NCBI GenBank assembly: GCA_963798085.1
Contig: CAWCRS010000002.1
Span: 128,001 to 192,000 of the forward strand
DNA: 64,000 nucleotides
DNA from: an uncultured Gemmatimonadales bacterium
Lineage (GTDB): Bacteria; Gemmatimonadota; Gemmatimonadetes; Longimicrobiales; RSA9
Reading direction: 5' to 3'
The position numbers were made by a program, and so were the translations under genes. The notes under the pieces were generated by a model. It saw only the letters and a list, made by a program, of their open reading frames with translations, ran no database searches and had not been told where the DNA came from. Below are positions 1-9,721 of this stretch, piece after piece. How positions within the stretch are numbered: position 1 is the stretch's first letter; the number at the start of each line of letters is the position of its first letter.

Positions 1-1
1 C

Positions 2-226
2 GCGGCGGTGGCGAGGGCCAGGCGCGACGCGCAGACGGTGGCGACGGCAGCGGGCCGCGTACTGGGCCCGCCCCTGTCCATCACCCTGAGCAGCGAGCAG
101 CCGGGACCTCGTCCGATGTATGCGGGGCGCGTCCTGATGGCGCAGAATGCGGAGACGCCAGTGGAAGGCGGCGCGATCCAGATCACGGCCACGGTGCACG
201 TGGTGTTTCGACTCGACGCTTCATGA
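2..226 (+). CDS. SIMPL/DUF541-like protein, C-terminal part (truncated by window edge)
   Basis: ARARRDAQTVATAAGRVLG...TPVEGGAIQITATVHVVFRL matches the SIMPL C-terminal pattern; open from window start. Confidence 0.7.
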   Translation, partial: AAVARARRDAQTVATAAGRVLGPPLSITLSSEQPGPRPMYAGRVLMAQNAETPVEGGAIQITATVHVVFRLDAS

Positions 227-651
227 GCCTGAAGAAGCGGCTGCGCCGTGTGATGGGGGACGGCATCGCGGAGACGCGTCCGGATGCGCGTGATCCGCGT
301 TTCCGCGGCCGCACCTTTGCCATACCGTTCGAGGACGTCTGGCAGGCTTCACTGGCGCTGCTGAAGGAGCTGCCCGGCTGCAAGCTGCGGCTCAGCAACG
401 ACCGGGATGGCATCATCATCGCGCAGGCGACGATCCACTTTCCGCGTCACGTCAATGACGTCACCATCAGCATTGTTCTCGACGCGGATGCGCAGACCCG
501 TGTGGACATGCGTTCCGTCACGCGCGACGGCGCCGTCGACATGGGTTCCAATGCGAAGCGGGTGCTGCGTTTCTTCGAGCTGCTGGACCAGCGCATGGCG
601 GCGTTGAAGCGCCGGCCCCTGCCCACCTCGGCGACCGTTGCGCGGCGCTGA
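223..651 (+). CDS. DUF1499-like protein
   Basis: ATGA overlap with upstream gene; xxDVTI...TRVDMRS...DMGSNAKRV resembles DUF1499. Confidence 0.65.
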   Translation: MSLKKRLRRVMGDGIAETRPDARDPRFRGRTFAIPFEDVWQASLALLKELPGCKLRLSNDRDGIIIAQATIHFPRHVNDVTISIVLDADAQTRVDMRSVTRDGAVDMGSNAKRVLRFFELLDQRMAALKRRPLPTSATVARR

Positions 652-663
652 TCCTCTAACGTA

Positions 664-1569
664 GTGTTGGAGGCGCCTCTGCCCGAGGCAGTCGCCCGGC
701 CCATCATCGACTTCCACACCCACCCATGGCGCCCCGACGACCTCGCCCCCGGCACCGTGGCCTTCGTGCGCGGTGTATCGCGGGCTCTGCGGGAGCACGG
801 TGACCGCCTGCGTGACCCGCGCTACGCCGCCGACGTGCTGCGGGCGCAGGGCGTGCAGCATGCCGTCATGCTGCCTGAGCATTGTCCGCGGTCCTCCGGC
901 AATGTGCGCACCGAAACCGTGCTCGAGCTGTGTCGCCAGTCCACAGGCTTCTTCCTGCCCTTCGCGTCCGTCGATCCTAACACCGACGCAGCACCGGCCG
1001 ATCTGCTGCGCCGCTATCTGGACGAGGGCGTCGTCGGCCTCAAGCTGTACCCGTCGTATCAGTTCTACTATCCCAACGACACGCGCGTCTACCCGCTCTA
1101 CGAGCTGTGCCAGGCCGCGCGCATTCCGGTGCTCTTTCACATTGGCAGTTCGGTGATACCGGGCACGCGCATCAAGTACTGCGACCCGATCCACCTGGAT
1201 GATCTGGCGGTGGATTTCCCGGATCTGATCGTGGTGATGGCACACGGTGGTCGCGGATTCTGGTACGACGTGTGTGCGTTCCTGGCGGCGCAGCACGCCA
1301 ACTTCCACATCGACGTCACGGGTCTGGTACCGGCGAAGCTGCTGGAGCATTTTCCCGGTCTCGAACGCATCGCGCACAAGGTCGTGTTTGGCAGCGACTG
1401 GCCCGCAATGCCGCGCAGTCCGGGTGAGAACGCGGCTGTCATCGCGGGCCTGGGTCTCTTGCCGGAATCCGTAGAGCGCATACTGTACGGCAACGCGGCG
1501 GCGCTGCTGCGGCTGCCCGGGAACACGGCGGCGAACCCTGCTCCTCCTGCGGACGAAGGAGGCCACTAG
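664..1569 (+). CDS. Amidohydrolase family protein (Amidohydro_2)
   Basis: IIDFHTH, GLKLYP, VLFHIG, VVMAHGG and FGSDWP metal-binding motifs. Confidence 0.85.
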   Translation: MLEAPLPEAVARPIIDFHTHPWRPDDLAPGTVAFVRGVSRALREHGDRLRDPRYAADVLRAQGVQHAVMLPEHCPRSSGNVRTETVLELCRQSTGFFLPFASVDPNTDAAPADLLRRYLDEGVVGLKLYPSYQFYYPNDTRVYPLYELCQAARIPVLFHIGSSVIPGTRIKYCDPIHLDDLAVDFPDLIVVMAHGGRGFWYDVCAFLAAQHANFHIDVTGLVPAKLLEHFPGLERIAHKVVFGSDWPAMPRSPGENAAVIAGLGLLPESVERILYGNAAALLRLPGNTAANPAPPADEGGH

Positions 1570-4008
1570 TGGCGGCGCGGTCGCAGAACCCCGGCATCCC
1601 GGAAATCCTGCCGGTGATGCCGCTCCGCAGTACGGTGGTCTTTCCCACGGGCGTGGTGGGTGTGCAGATCAGCATGTCCGGCACGCTGGAAATGCTGGGC
1701 GCACATCCGGAGCCGGGGCTGATGGTCGCGGCCGTAGTGCCGCCCGGCGGACCCGACGATCCCATCGATTTCACGGATCTGCAGAAGATCGCAGTGGCGG
1801 TGCGCGTGTCCGACCGGCTGAATCTGCCCGGCGGCATCGTGCAGGCCACGCTGCAGGGCTTGCAGCGTGTTCGGCTGCGCGCGGTCGAGGAGAAGGGCGG
1901 CTACCTGGTGGCGCGCGCGGCAACGCCGCGCGAGCGGCCGGCCCCCGAAGAACAGGCTGCCGAACTGATCACGCGCATCCTCAACGCGCTGGAAGCATTG
2001 TCCGGGCAGGTCGATCGCATCTCGCGCGAAATCCCCCGTATCCTGCGCATGAACCTGGGCGACCCGGGTCGCTTTGCGGACCTGGTCGCGACGCTCTCCA
2101 ACTTCTCGGTGGCAAGCCGCGACCGCGTGCTGCAGCTGCTTTCGGTCGAGGCCCGGCTGCGCTTCGCGTGCGACGAGCTGGAGGCGCAGCTGCTGCGTGT
2201 GCGCAAGATCTCGGATGACGCGGCGGCGGCTGCGGCGGCACCGCCGGTCGCGCAGGCAGCGGATCCCACACGGCGTGCGACCGATCTGCGCCAGCAGATC
2301 AAGCTGCTGCAGGCGGAGCTGGGCGAGGTCGACCCGCTGGAAGCGGAAACAGTGCGTTTGCTGCGTCGTGTGGAAGGCTCGGGCCTGCCCTCGCGCGCAG
2401 CGTCGAGGGCGCGCTCGGAGATCGAGCAGCTGCGCACCGGTTCGAGCGATGTAGGTGAGATCCGCGCGTACCTCGACTGGCTGTTGTCGCTGCCCTGGCA
2501 GCGCAGTGCCACGGAAGGTCCTTCGCGCATCGACCTCGCAGCCGTGCAGCAGGAGATGGATCGCCAGCTGCTGGGCCTGACCGAACCGAAGGAGCGCCTG
2601 CTCGATCAGCTCGCGGTGGCGCGACTCCGCCGTACGCTGGGAAGTGTCATTCCCTGCATTGTCGGGCCGCCGGACACGGGCAAGGCCACGCTGGTCGAAG
2701 CCATGGCGGCAGGCCTGGGCCGTCCGCTGGCGAGGCTCGACCTGGGCGGTCGTACGGTCGGCGACCTGCTGGGCATCCGGCGCACGCGCGGCGATGCGCA
2801 GCCGGGGCGCATTGCGGCACTGCTGCGCGACGCCCAGGTCAACGACCCGGTGGTCCTGCTCGATGAAGTGGATGAGCTGACGTCGAGCAGCAAAGGCGAG
2901 GAGACAGGCGAGGCGCTGGAGGAGATCCTGATGGATCCCTCCCACTTCATGGACCGCTATCTGGAAGTGCCCTTCGACCTGGGTAACGTCCTGTTTGTCG
3001 CGGTGGCGCACGATTTCCAGAAAGTGCCGCGTGCACTGCGCGAGCGCATGGTCGAGATCCGCATACCCGGCTACACACCCGAGGAGAAGGTGGAGATCGC
3101 GCGCACGCGGCTGCTGCCCCGGCTCATAGCCGAGCACGGCCTGCTCGCGGGCCACGTCGACTTCAATGCGGAAGGGCTCTACGCGCTGGCCTACGGCTAC
3201 GCGCGTGATGCCGGCGTGGGCGCGCTGCAGCGCTCGGTGGAGACGCTGCTGCGCACGCGCGCGAGGGCGAGGGCGAGGGGCGATGCCTCGCGCTGGACCT
3301 TCGATGTGCCGCGCATTCGAGCAGGTGCTGGGTGTGCCGCGCTACGTGCCCACGCCCGCGGAAAGCGCCCCGGAGATCGGCGTGGTCACGGGACTCGCGT
3401 GGACCGCGTCAGGCGGCGAGCTGATGTTCATCGAAGCGCTGCGCATGCCGGGCAGTGGCCGCCTCATCATCACGGGCCTCCTGGGCGACGCGATGCGCGA
3501 GTCCGTCAATGCTGCCTACTCGTATGTGCGCAGCCGCGGCCCCGAACTGGGCATCACCGAGGAGGATTTCCGCGAATCCGATGTGCACGTCCATTTCCCG
3601 GTGGGCGCCATTCCCAAGGATGGCCCCTCGGCCGGCGTGGCCGTGACGCTCGCGATCGCGTCGACACTGTCGAATCGCCCCGTGCGGCACGACATGGCGG
3701 TGTCCGGCGAAGTCACTCTGCGCGGGCGCATCCTCGAGGTGGGTGGTGTGCGTGAGAAGGTGCTGGCGGCGCATCGCGCGGACATCCCGCATATCATCCT
3801 GCCCGCAGGCAATGAGCGCGATCTGCGTGATGTGCCGGAGAAGGTGCGCGCCGGCATCGCCTTCCATTTCGTGGAGCGCATGGACGACGTGATCCGTCTG
3901 GCGCTGCACGGCGCGCCCGGCATGTCCCGGCCGGTGGTCCGGCTGGGCACCGAGGAACAGCGCGAGCCCCGCGTCGCCCAGCCCGGCAAGCGCAAGCCAC
4001 GCAGCTGA
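1569..4008 (+). CDS. lon: Lon (La) family protease with atypical AAA+ motifs; one apparent frameshift near 3316
   Basis: LON N-domain (LPVMPLRSTVVFP), GPPDTGKAT, VLLDEVD; second frame has GVVTGLAWT, PKDGPSAG (catalytic Ser) and GGVREK (catalytic Lys). Confidence 0.85.
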
Positions 4009-4040
4009 CTGACGGCACGCTGGCTGCGCGCCGTTGCGGC

Positions 4041-4476
4041 TCAGGCGGGTTCCAGCTCGCCTTCGAAGGCGGTAATGCGCGCCCGCACATCTCTGCGGAA
4101 CGGACTTGGAGCTGCCCGCGGCGTAGTCGAACATCACCTGCGTCGTGCGACCACTGGCCACCACTTCACGGCCCGGCCCGCAGATCTCGAATTCCATGTC
4201 GAACGACTTCTGTCCGATGCGGCTCACGCGCAGCGCCACCTCGAGGCGTGATGGGAATTCGATGCGATTCCGGTAGCGTACGGTGACCTCGCCCATGACG
4301 TAATCGATGTCCTCGAGGCCCTCCCGGCCAACGACTTCCCGCCAGTACGCCGCGCGCGCCTCCTCGAGGTAGATCAGAGGCATGGCGTGGTGCGCGTGAC
4401 CCATCGGGTCGAGATCGCGGAAGCGCACATCCACAGGAAACCGGAAACGGTAGGCCGGGTGCTGGCTGTCATTCAT
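4041..4476 (-). CDS. Acyl-CoA thioesterase (4HBT/hotdog family); frameshift near 4092 in C-terminus
   Basis: VRFRDLDPMGHAHH...YLEEARAAYW; corrected tail DVRARITAFEGELEPA*. Confidence 0.8.
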
Positions 4477-4726
4477 GGGACGCCCCTGCCAGCGGTTCGG
4501 ATGGGGCCCCGTGCAGCACGGCACCCGCCGCAAACAGCAGACAGCCCAGTAGGATCGCCCAGGTGCCGGGCAGGAACAGCGGCGCGATCATGATGCCCGC
4601 GAAGACCAGCGCCTGACCTCCGGTGAGTGCCGCGAGTCCGGCATGGAGCAGGATGCGGCCTTGTGACGCACGGCTCTGCAGCGGCTGCGAGTCCGCGTGC
4701 GTCGGTGCGGCTGGCGGTCCCGTCAT
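4469..4726 (-). CDS. Small hypothetical membrane protein
   Basis: 85 aa with two hydrophobic segments; overlaps thioesterase start. Confidence 0.45.
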   Translation of the reverse strand: MTGPPAAPTHADSQPLQSRASQGRILLHAGLAALTGGQALVFAGIMIAPLFLPGTWAILLGCLLFAAGAVLHGAPSEPLAGASHE

Positions 4727-4819
4727 GGCAGCTTCGCTCCTGACGTCAGCTCGTGTTGATTGAATGGAGAGTGGCCAGAATCAGCCAATTTCCGCTGACG
4801 CACGATTCGCGCCGCGAGG

Positions 4820-6574
4820 TCAGGGTTCGATCGCTTCGATGCGTCGCACGGCGGAGCGCAGCGAGAAGAAGATGGCGAGGCAGGAGACAGTAAAGGCGGC
4901 GCCCATGCCGGCGGCCAGCAACCCAATGTCGCCCATGGCCACGGGCACGCCGTGCATGCGCGCCAGCAGCAGTGTGTAGACCGGCCAGGCCTCGAGCATG
5001 ATAACGATGCCGATGAACGCGGTGGCGGACATCATGAACACCAGACCGCCGAAGCTCGTCGGCACGTCCGCCGGATTCTCCGAATTGAACTTGGGGTAGA
5101 GCGCACCAAAGCCCAGCGCCATGGCGGCCAGGGCAAAGGTGATCATGATGATCGTCCCCAGCGACACGAAGGTCATGAAGCCGCTCACGTGCAGCAGCGC
5201 ATTGGTGCCGGCGGTCAGCGCCACGGCCAGCACCAGCAGCGGCAGCACGCCCACCCAGTACTTGCTCCACACCAGCGAGGAGAGGCGCAGTGGCGAAGAG
5301 CGCAGCAGCCAGAGCGACTGGCCTTCGAGGCTGATCGCAGGAAACACCAGGCGTGCGGCAATGGCGGCCAGCACGAAGCCGGCTAACCCGATGTTCAGGA
5401 ACACCACCACATTCACCAGCAGGAAGCCCACATCCTCGCCCGAGAACAGTGGCAGCACCTTGATGTTGTAGATGTAGACCATGACCAGCACGGCCAGCAG
5501 CACCAGCTGCGACCACTGCGTGGTGTCGCGGAAGAAGGTACGCATGTCTTTGGCGACGAGGCTGCGCGGCGTTACCGGCAATCCTCCGAGCCAGTTCTCG
5601 GTCCGCCAGCGGCTGTGGCCTCGGGCCTCGCGGTCGCCTCCTTCGCGTGACCGGCTGAGCCCCGAGAGGAACAGGTGGCTGTGCATCCACGCGCCGATCA
5701 CGAGGGCGGCAGCGGCCGTGCTGGCCAGCAGCAGCAGCGGAAACAGATCGCCCGCGTGGTCCGTGATGCCGAGTGATGACAGCATGGCCTGGGCAGCCCA
5801 TTCGCTGGGCAGCCAGATCGACTGCGGGGTCCGCAGCGCCGCCACAAAGTCGACGAGGTCGCGGAAACCCTCGGGCCTCGCCAGCTGCTCCGGCCGCATG
5901 AGCCGGAACACGGCGATGAACGCGCCTGCGCCCAGCAGAGCCACCAGCGTCAGGATGTCCCGCGCGCGACGAGCCGGGAACACATTGACGAGAATCTGCG
6001 TGATCGCGGTGCCCACCACGGCGGGAATCAGCAGGTAGCAGGCAACCGTGGCGAGCGAGACGGTAATGAAGCTCAGGCCGCCATCGAACACGAGCGCATA
6101 CGCGGTCAGCACGGGCACCAGCATGAGCACGATCATCCAGGACGAATGGATGAAGGTCTCGAGCAGGCGGGCGCCGTAGAGACGCAGTCCATCGATGGGC
6201 GCCGCAGCCAGCAGCTCGAGATCCCTCGCCAGGAAGAACGACGAGAGTGCGCCAATGATGTTGGACAGCAGCAGGATCGGCAGAAACGCGAGCAGCATCG
6301 TACTCAGCAGCTTGAGCGACAGCGCATCGCCCAGGCCCGGCGTGTCGTGGAAGTAGGAGAGCACCCGCCGCAGAATGGTGAACACGACCAGCCAGAAGAT
6401 GACGCCGACGACCGCCAGCGTAACTCCCCTCGCCATGCTGCCGCTCTCGGTCAGACGCCGGCGCGCGGTGCGCCTCTTGGGGAAATAGAGATCGAGCACG
6501 CCTGGCTGACGCAGGCGTGGCGGTGCGTCACTGGAGGCGCCTGCGTGCAGCATGGATTCGACTGCAGTAGCCAT
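4820..6574 (-). CDS. Putative ABC exporter permease (multi-TM)
   Basis: Many TM helices; KDMRTFFRDTTQWSQL and SLEGQSLWLLRSSP motifs; follows ABC ATPase. Confidence 0.8.
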   Translation of the reverse strand: MATAVESMLHAGASSDAPPRLRQPGVLDLYFPKRRTARRRLTESGSMARGVTLAVVGVIFWLVVFTILRRVLSYFHDTPGLGDALSLKLLSTMLLAFLPILLLSNIIGALSSFFLARDLELLAAAPIDGLRLYGARLLETFIHSSWMIVLMLVPVLTAYALVFDGGLSFITVSLATVACYLLIPAVVGTAITQILVNVFPARRARDILTLVALLGAGAFIAVFRLMRPEQLARPEGFRDLVDFVAALRTPQSIWLPSEWAAQAMLSSLGITDHAGDLFPLLLLASTAAAALVIGAWMHSHLFLSGLSRSREGGDREARGHSRWRTENWLGGLPVTPRSLVAKDMRTFFRDTTQWSQLVLLAVLVMVYIYNIKVLPLFSGEDVGFLLVNVVVFLNIGLAGFVLAAIAARLVFPAISLEGQSLWLLRSSPLRLSSLVWSKYWVGVLPLLVLAVALTAGTNALLHVSGFMTFVSLGTIIMITFALAAMALGFGALYPKFNSENPADVPTSFGGLVFMMSATAFIGIVIMLEAWPVYTLLLARMHGVPVAMGDIGLLAAGMGAAFTVSCLAIFFSLRSAVRRIEAIEP

Positions 6575-6585
6575 GACGCCGGTGC

Positions 6586-7356
6586 TCAGGCGTTCAAGGG
6601 ATCGCGCAGCGAAGCCACCAGCTCCTCCGCCTGCTCGCTGCCGGTGAGCTTGAGGAAGATCTCTTCCAGGCCTGCCGCGCCCGATGCAGCCTGGTGCCGC
6701 AGCTCGTCCATCGTGCCCATGCCCTGAATGCGCCCGCCGCTGAGGATCGCAATGCGATCGCACAGCGTCTCGGCCACTTCGAGCGTGTGTGTGGAAAGGA
6801 AAACGGTCCCGCCCTGCTGCACGTAGGAACGCATCAGGTCTTTCATCATGCGCGCGGCGCGTGGATCCAGTCCCACCATCGGCTCGTCCACGACGATCGC
6901 ATCAGGCGAATGCACGAGCGCCGAGCAGATGAGCAGCTTCTGCTTCATGCCATGCGAGTAGCTCTCGACCAGCGCATTTTTCCAGTCGGAAAGGCTGAAC
7001 ACGTCGAGCAGTTCGTCGATGCGGCGTTCGACGGCGTTGCCCTCACGCCCCCACAACCCGCTCACGAAACGCAGGAATTCGCCGCCTGTGAGCTTCTCGT
7101 AAAGTGCTGGACGATCCGGGATGTAGCCAATGTGGCGTTTGGCACCGATCGGGTCCTGCTGCAGATCCTTGCCTGCGATGCGAATGGTCCCGCTGCTCGG
7201 CTGGAGCACGCCGGTGACCATGCGGATCGTCGTCGTCTTGCCCGCGCCGTTGGGACCGAGGAAGCCGAACAGTTCGCCGCGGCGCACGTGCAGGTCCAGC
7301 GGATGCACCGCGGTGAAGCGGCCGTAGCTCCTGGTGACTGCCTGCAGCTCGATCAT
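6586..7356 (-). CDS. ABC transporter ATP-binding protein
   Basis: GPNGAGKTT, YSHGMKQK, VVDEP, H-loop STH. Confidence 0.95.
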   Translation of the reverse strand: MIELQAVTRSYGRFTAVHPLDLHVRRGELFGFLGPNGAGKTTTIRMVTGVLQPSSGTIRIAGKDLQQDPIGAKRHIGYIPDRPALYEKLTGGEFLRFVSGLWGREGNAVERRIDELLDVFSLSDWKNALVESYSHGMKQKLLICSALVHSPDAIVVDEPMVGLDPRAARMMKDLMRSYVQQGGTVFLSTHTLEVAETLCDRIAILSGGRIQGMGTMDELRHQAASGAAGLEEIFLKLTGSEQAEELVASLRDPLNA

Positions 7357-8888
7357 AGCGCTTCAATCCGGAGTCTGCCGATGAGGCGGATCAGCTCGAC
7401 CTGACGCGCGAGTCCGCCGACAACGAAGCGGATATGGCTGGCGTCCGCGGGATACTGGCCGAGTGTCGGATCCACCGCGACCCAATCGCCGTGCAGCCAG
7501 ACTTCAGGCCATGCGTGGTAGTAGAAGCGGCCACGCACGTTGACGAGGCCGACCGCCGTCCTCGCCGGCAGGCCGATCGACCTCGCCAGCGCAACATACA
7601 GCACGGTGTGCTCGTTGCAGTCGCCGCGCATCGCCTCCAGCACCTGAATGGCGCTGGGTATGCTGGGCGTGATCTCCTTGTGCACGGCCGCGTAGACCCA
7701 TTCGGTCAGCAGCCGGGACGCCTGTGCGGGATCGTGCGTCAGCCGCGTGACGGCCATGGCCTTGCGGCGAATGCGCGGATCGTCCGACTGGATCAGCGGC
7801 GTCGCGCTCAACTCCTGCCTCGCCTCACCACCCCCCAGCCACGGCAGCGTGTAGCCGGCCAAGCGGATCGCTGCCGTGTCTTCGCGCGTGATGACAAGCG
7901 TGTCAGCGTGCAGCGACTGGCGACCGCCGGACAGATCGAAGCCATCGAGATCGACCCCCGCGAGACGAACCCGCAGCTGCGGCGTCGCCTGTAATCCCCT
8001 GATGTCGACATTGCTGGCAATGGCGGTGCCCTCGATCATGGCGCCGTAACCCGCGCGCATGGCGACATCACCCTGCGCCGCCTCCCATTCCTGGTGCGCC
8101 AGCTCGAATGTGGTGCGCTCGATCACGAAGCCCAGCGGGCTCTCCGCCTTGACGGTAAGACCGTCCTCGTCCACCCACGTGGCCATGGTGACGCCGCCGA
8201 AGCGCTGCTCAATGCGCCAGACCGGCACGGTGTCCCAGACGCTCGCTTCCCACCGCCCATCGGCGCGCGTGCGCGAGCTGTCCGGCACGATCATCGTGTC
8301 CGTGTCCGTCACGCTTACCGTGATGGTGCGCGTGTCCAGCGCGGAGGGATCGAAGGTGCTGACATTCACCACCGTGCCCGGCCGCAGCTTCCCGGCGGCC
8401 GCCAGGCGGATGGGGACGGCGGCATCCAGCATGACACCGTCGTTAGCAGGAATGCGGTTGTGCTGCGTGGCACCGCCGGCGTTCACCGAGATGTCCAGCA
8501 TCGAGTCGGGCGTAGTGACTCCCGCCACCGCAAAGCTGCCGATTTTCGAGTCCAGCCGGAAAGTGAAATCGCGCATGCGCAGGCCGCGATCGAAGCGGAT
8601 GCGCGAAACGGTAGCGGCGCGCTGCACCGTGTCCAGCGCCGGCACATCGAGCAGCAGATCATCCGCCAGCTTGAGCGTGTCGGCAATCGTGTCGAAGCGC
8701 GTGGTGCCTGTGCCAATCGCGTGGCCGTTGAGGCGCACGACGTAGAAGTGCGTGCCCGGCGCCAGCGAACGCGCGCCCACCTCCAGCCGCTCCGTTTCCG
8801 GCCGCAGATACTCGCGCTTCACATGCCAGCCCACCGTCACCAGCCAGAAAGCCAGGATGGACCAGGCTACCAGGACTCTTGGCTTCAT
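7353..8888 (-). CDS. Membrane-anchored transglutaminase-like domain protein
   Basis: N-terminal TM helix; GDCNEH, YHAWPEV, WVAVDPT (Cys-His-Asp triad). Confidence 0.85.
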   Translation of the reverse strand: MKPRVLVAWSILAFWLVTVGWHVKREYLRPETERLEVGARSLAPGTHFYVVRLNGHAIGTGTTRFDTIADTLKLADDLLLDVPALDTVQRAATVSRIRFDRGLRMRDFTFRLDSKIGSFAVAGVTTPDSMLDISVNAGGATQHNRIPANDGVMLDAAVPIRLAAAGKLRPGTVVNVSTFDPSALDTRTITVSVTDTDTMIVPDSSRTRADGRWEASVWDTVPVWRIEQRFGGVTMATWVDEDGLTVKAESPLGFVIERTTFELAHQEWEAAQGDVAMRAGYGAMIEGTAIASNVDIRGLQATPQLRVRLAGVDLDGFDLSGGRQSLHADTLVITREDTAAIRLAGYTLPWLGGGEARQELSATPLIQSDDPRIRRKAMAVTRLTHDPAQASRLLTEWVYAAVHKEITPSIPSAIQVLEAMRGDCNEHTVLYVALARSIGLPARTAVGLVNVRGRFYYHAWPEVWLHGDWVAVDPTLGQYPADASHIRFVVGGLARQVELIRLIGRLRIEAL

Positions 8889-8910
8889 TATTTCGTCTTG
8901 TTCACTGTCC

Positions 8911-9178
8911 ACTGCGTTGCTGGTTGCTGGTTGCCGGGGCTGGTGCCTCGGGAACGGATAACCGCATTGAACGGCAACTCTCGGGCTCGGGCTGGGGACT
9001 CACGGCCTGTTAGCAGCCGCCGCAATTCGGCCTGCCTCCGGCCCGCTTTGAGTCGAACCGCTCCTCGTCGTTTTTCGCGTCACTCCCGTAAGCGACACCT
9101 CGACCCGCGCTGAGAACCAGGCTGTTCCGTAGATGCCGTTCCCCAGCAATCAGCCCGAGCCCCAGCCCGAGCAACGCC
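8911..9178. repeat. Intergenic inverted-repeat element, locus A (units of about 45 bp: GCGTTGCT-(NGGGCT/GGTTGCT)n-GGGAACGG)
   Basis: + unit 8911-8958, partial + unit about 8970-9006, - unit 9136-9178; near-identical units at 42462-42789. Confidence 0.75.
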
Positions 9179-9202
9179 TCTCGAGGCCAGTACCAGCGAC
9201 AA

Positions 9203-9721
9203 CTACTCGAGCAACGGCAATCCGCCGGCCTGACGGACGCGGCGCTCGAAGACGTCGAGGTCGTAGTCCGACTCCACCACGATGGACACGTGGCGGGGGA
9301 AAGGCTCGGTCTGGAGCCACTCCTGGAGTATCGGCACCATCAGGTCGGCGGCGGTTTCGGCGTCCAGGTTGCCGGCGCCGGTGCCGAGGGGAGGGAGGGC
9401 GAGGGACTCGATGGCCCATTCGGCGGCGCGGCGCAGGCCGTTGGTGAGGCCGCGGGCCACGCCGCTTGCGGAGACAGGTTCTGTGGCGGAGCGGACGATG
9501 ACGTGGATCATGAGTTCCGCTGGCAGCCCACCCGCGCCCGTGACGATCGCGGAGCCTACCGGCAGCTCCCCCACTTTGCGGCATTGCTCGGCGATGTCCG
9601 GGCCGAGGGCCAGCTCGACTCGCCGCATGGCAGGCGTCACGGCATCCCACGCGGCGGTGACCGGTCGCAGGAGCCCCGGCGACGACACCGCGGCAAGGTC
9701 GCCGCGTACTACTTCGATCAT
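9203..9721 (-). CDS. Macro domain-containing protein
   Basis: IEVVRGDL, VGSAIVTGAGGLPAELMIHV, SLALPPLGTGAG. Confidence 0.8.
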   Translation of the reverse strand: MIEVVRGDLAAVSSPGLLRPVTAAWDAVTPAMRRVELALGPDIAEQCRKVGELPVGSAIVTGAGGLPAELMIHVIVRSATEPVSASGVARGLTNGLRRAAEWAIESLALPPLGTGAGNLDAETAADLMVPILQEWLQTEPFPRHVSIVVESDYDLDVFERRVRQAGGLPLLE

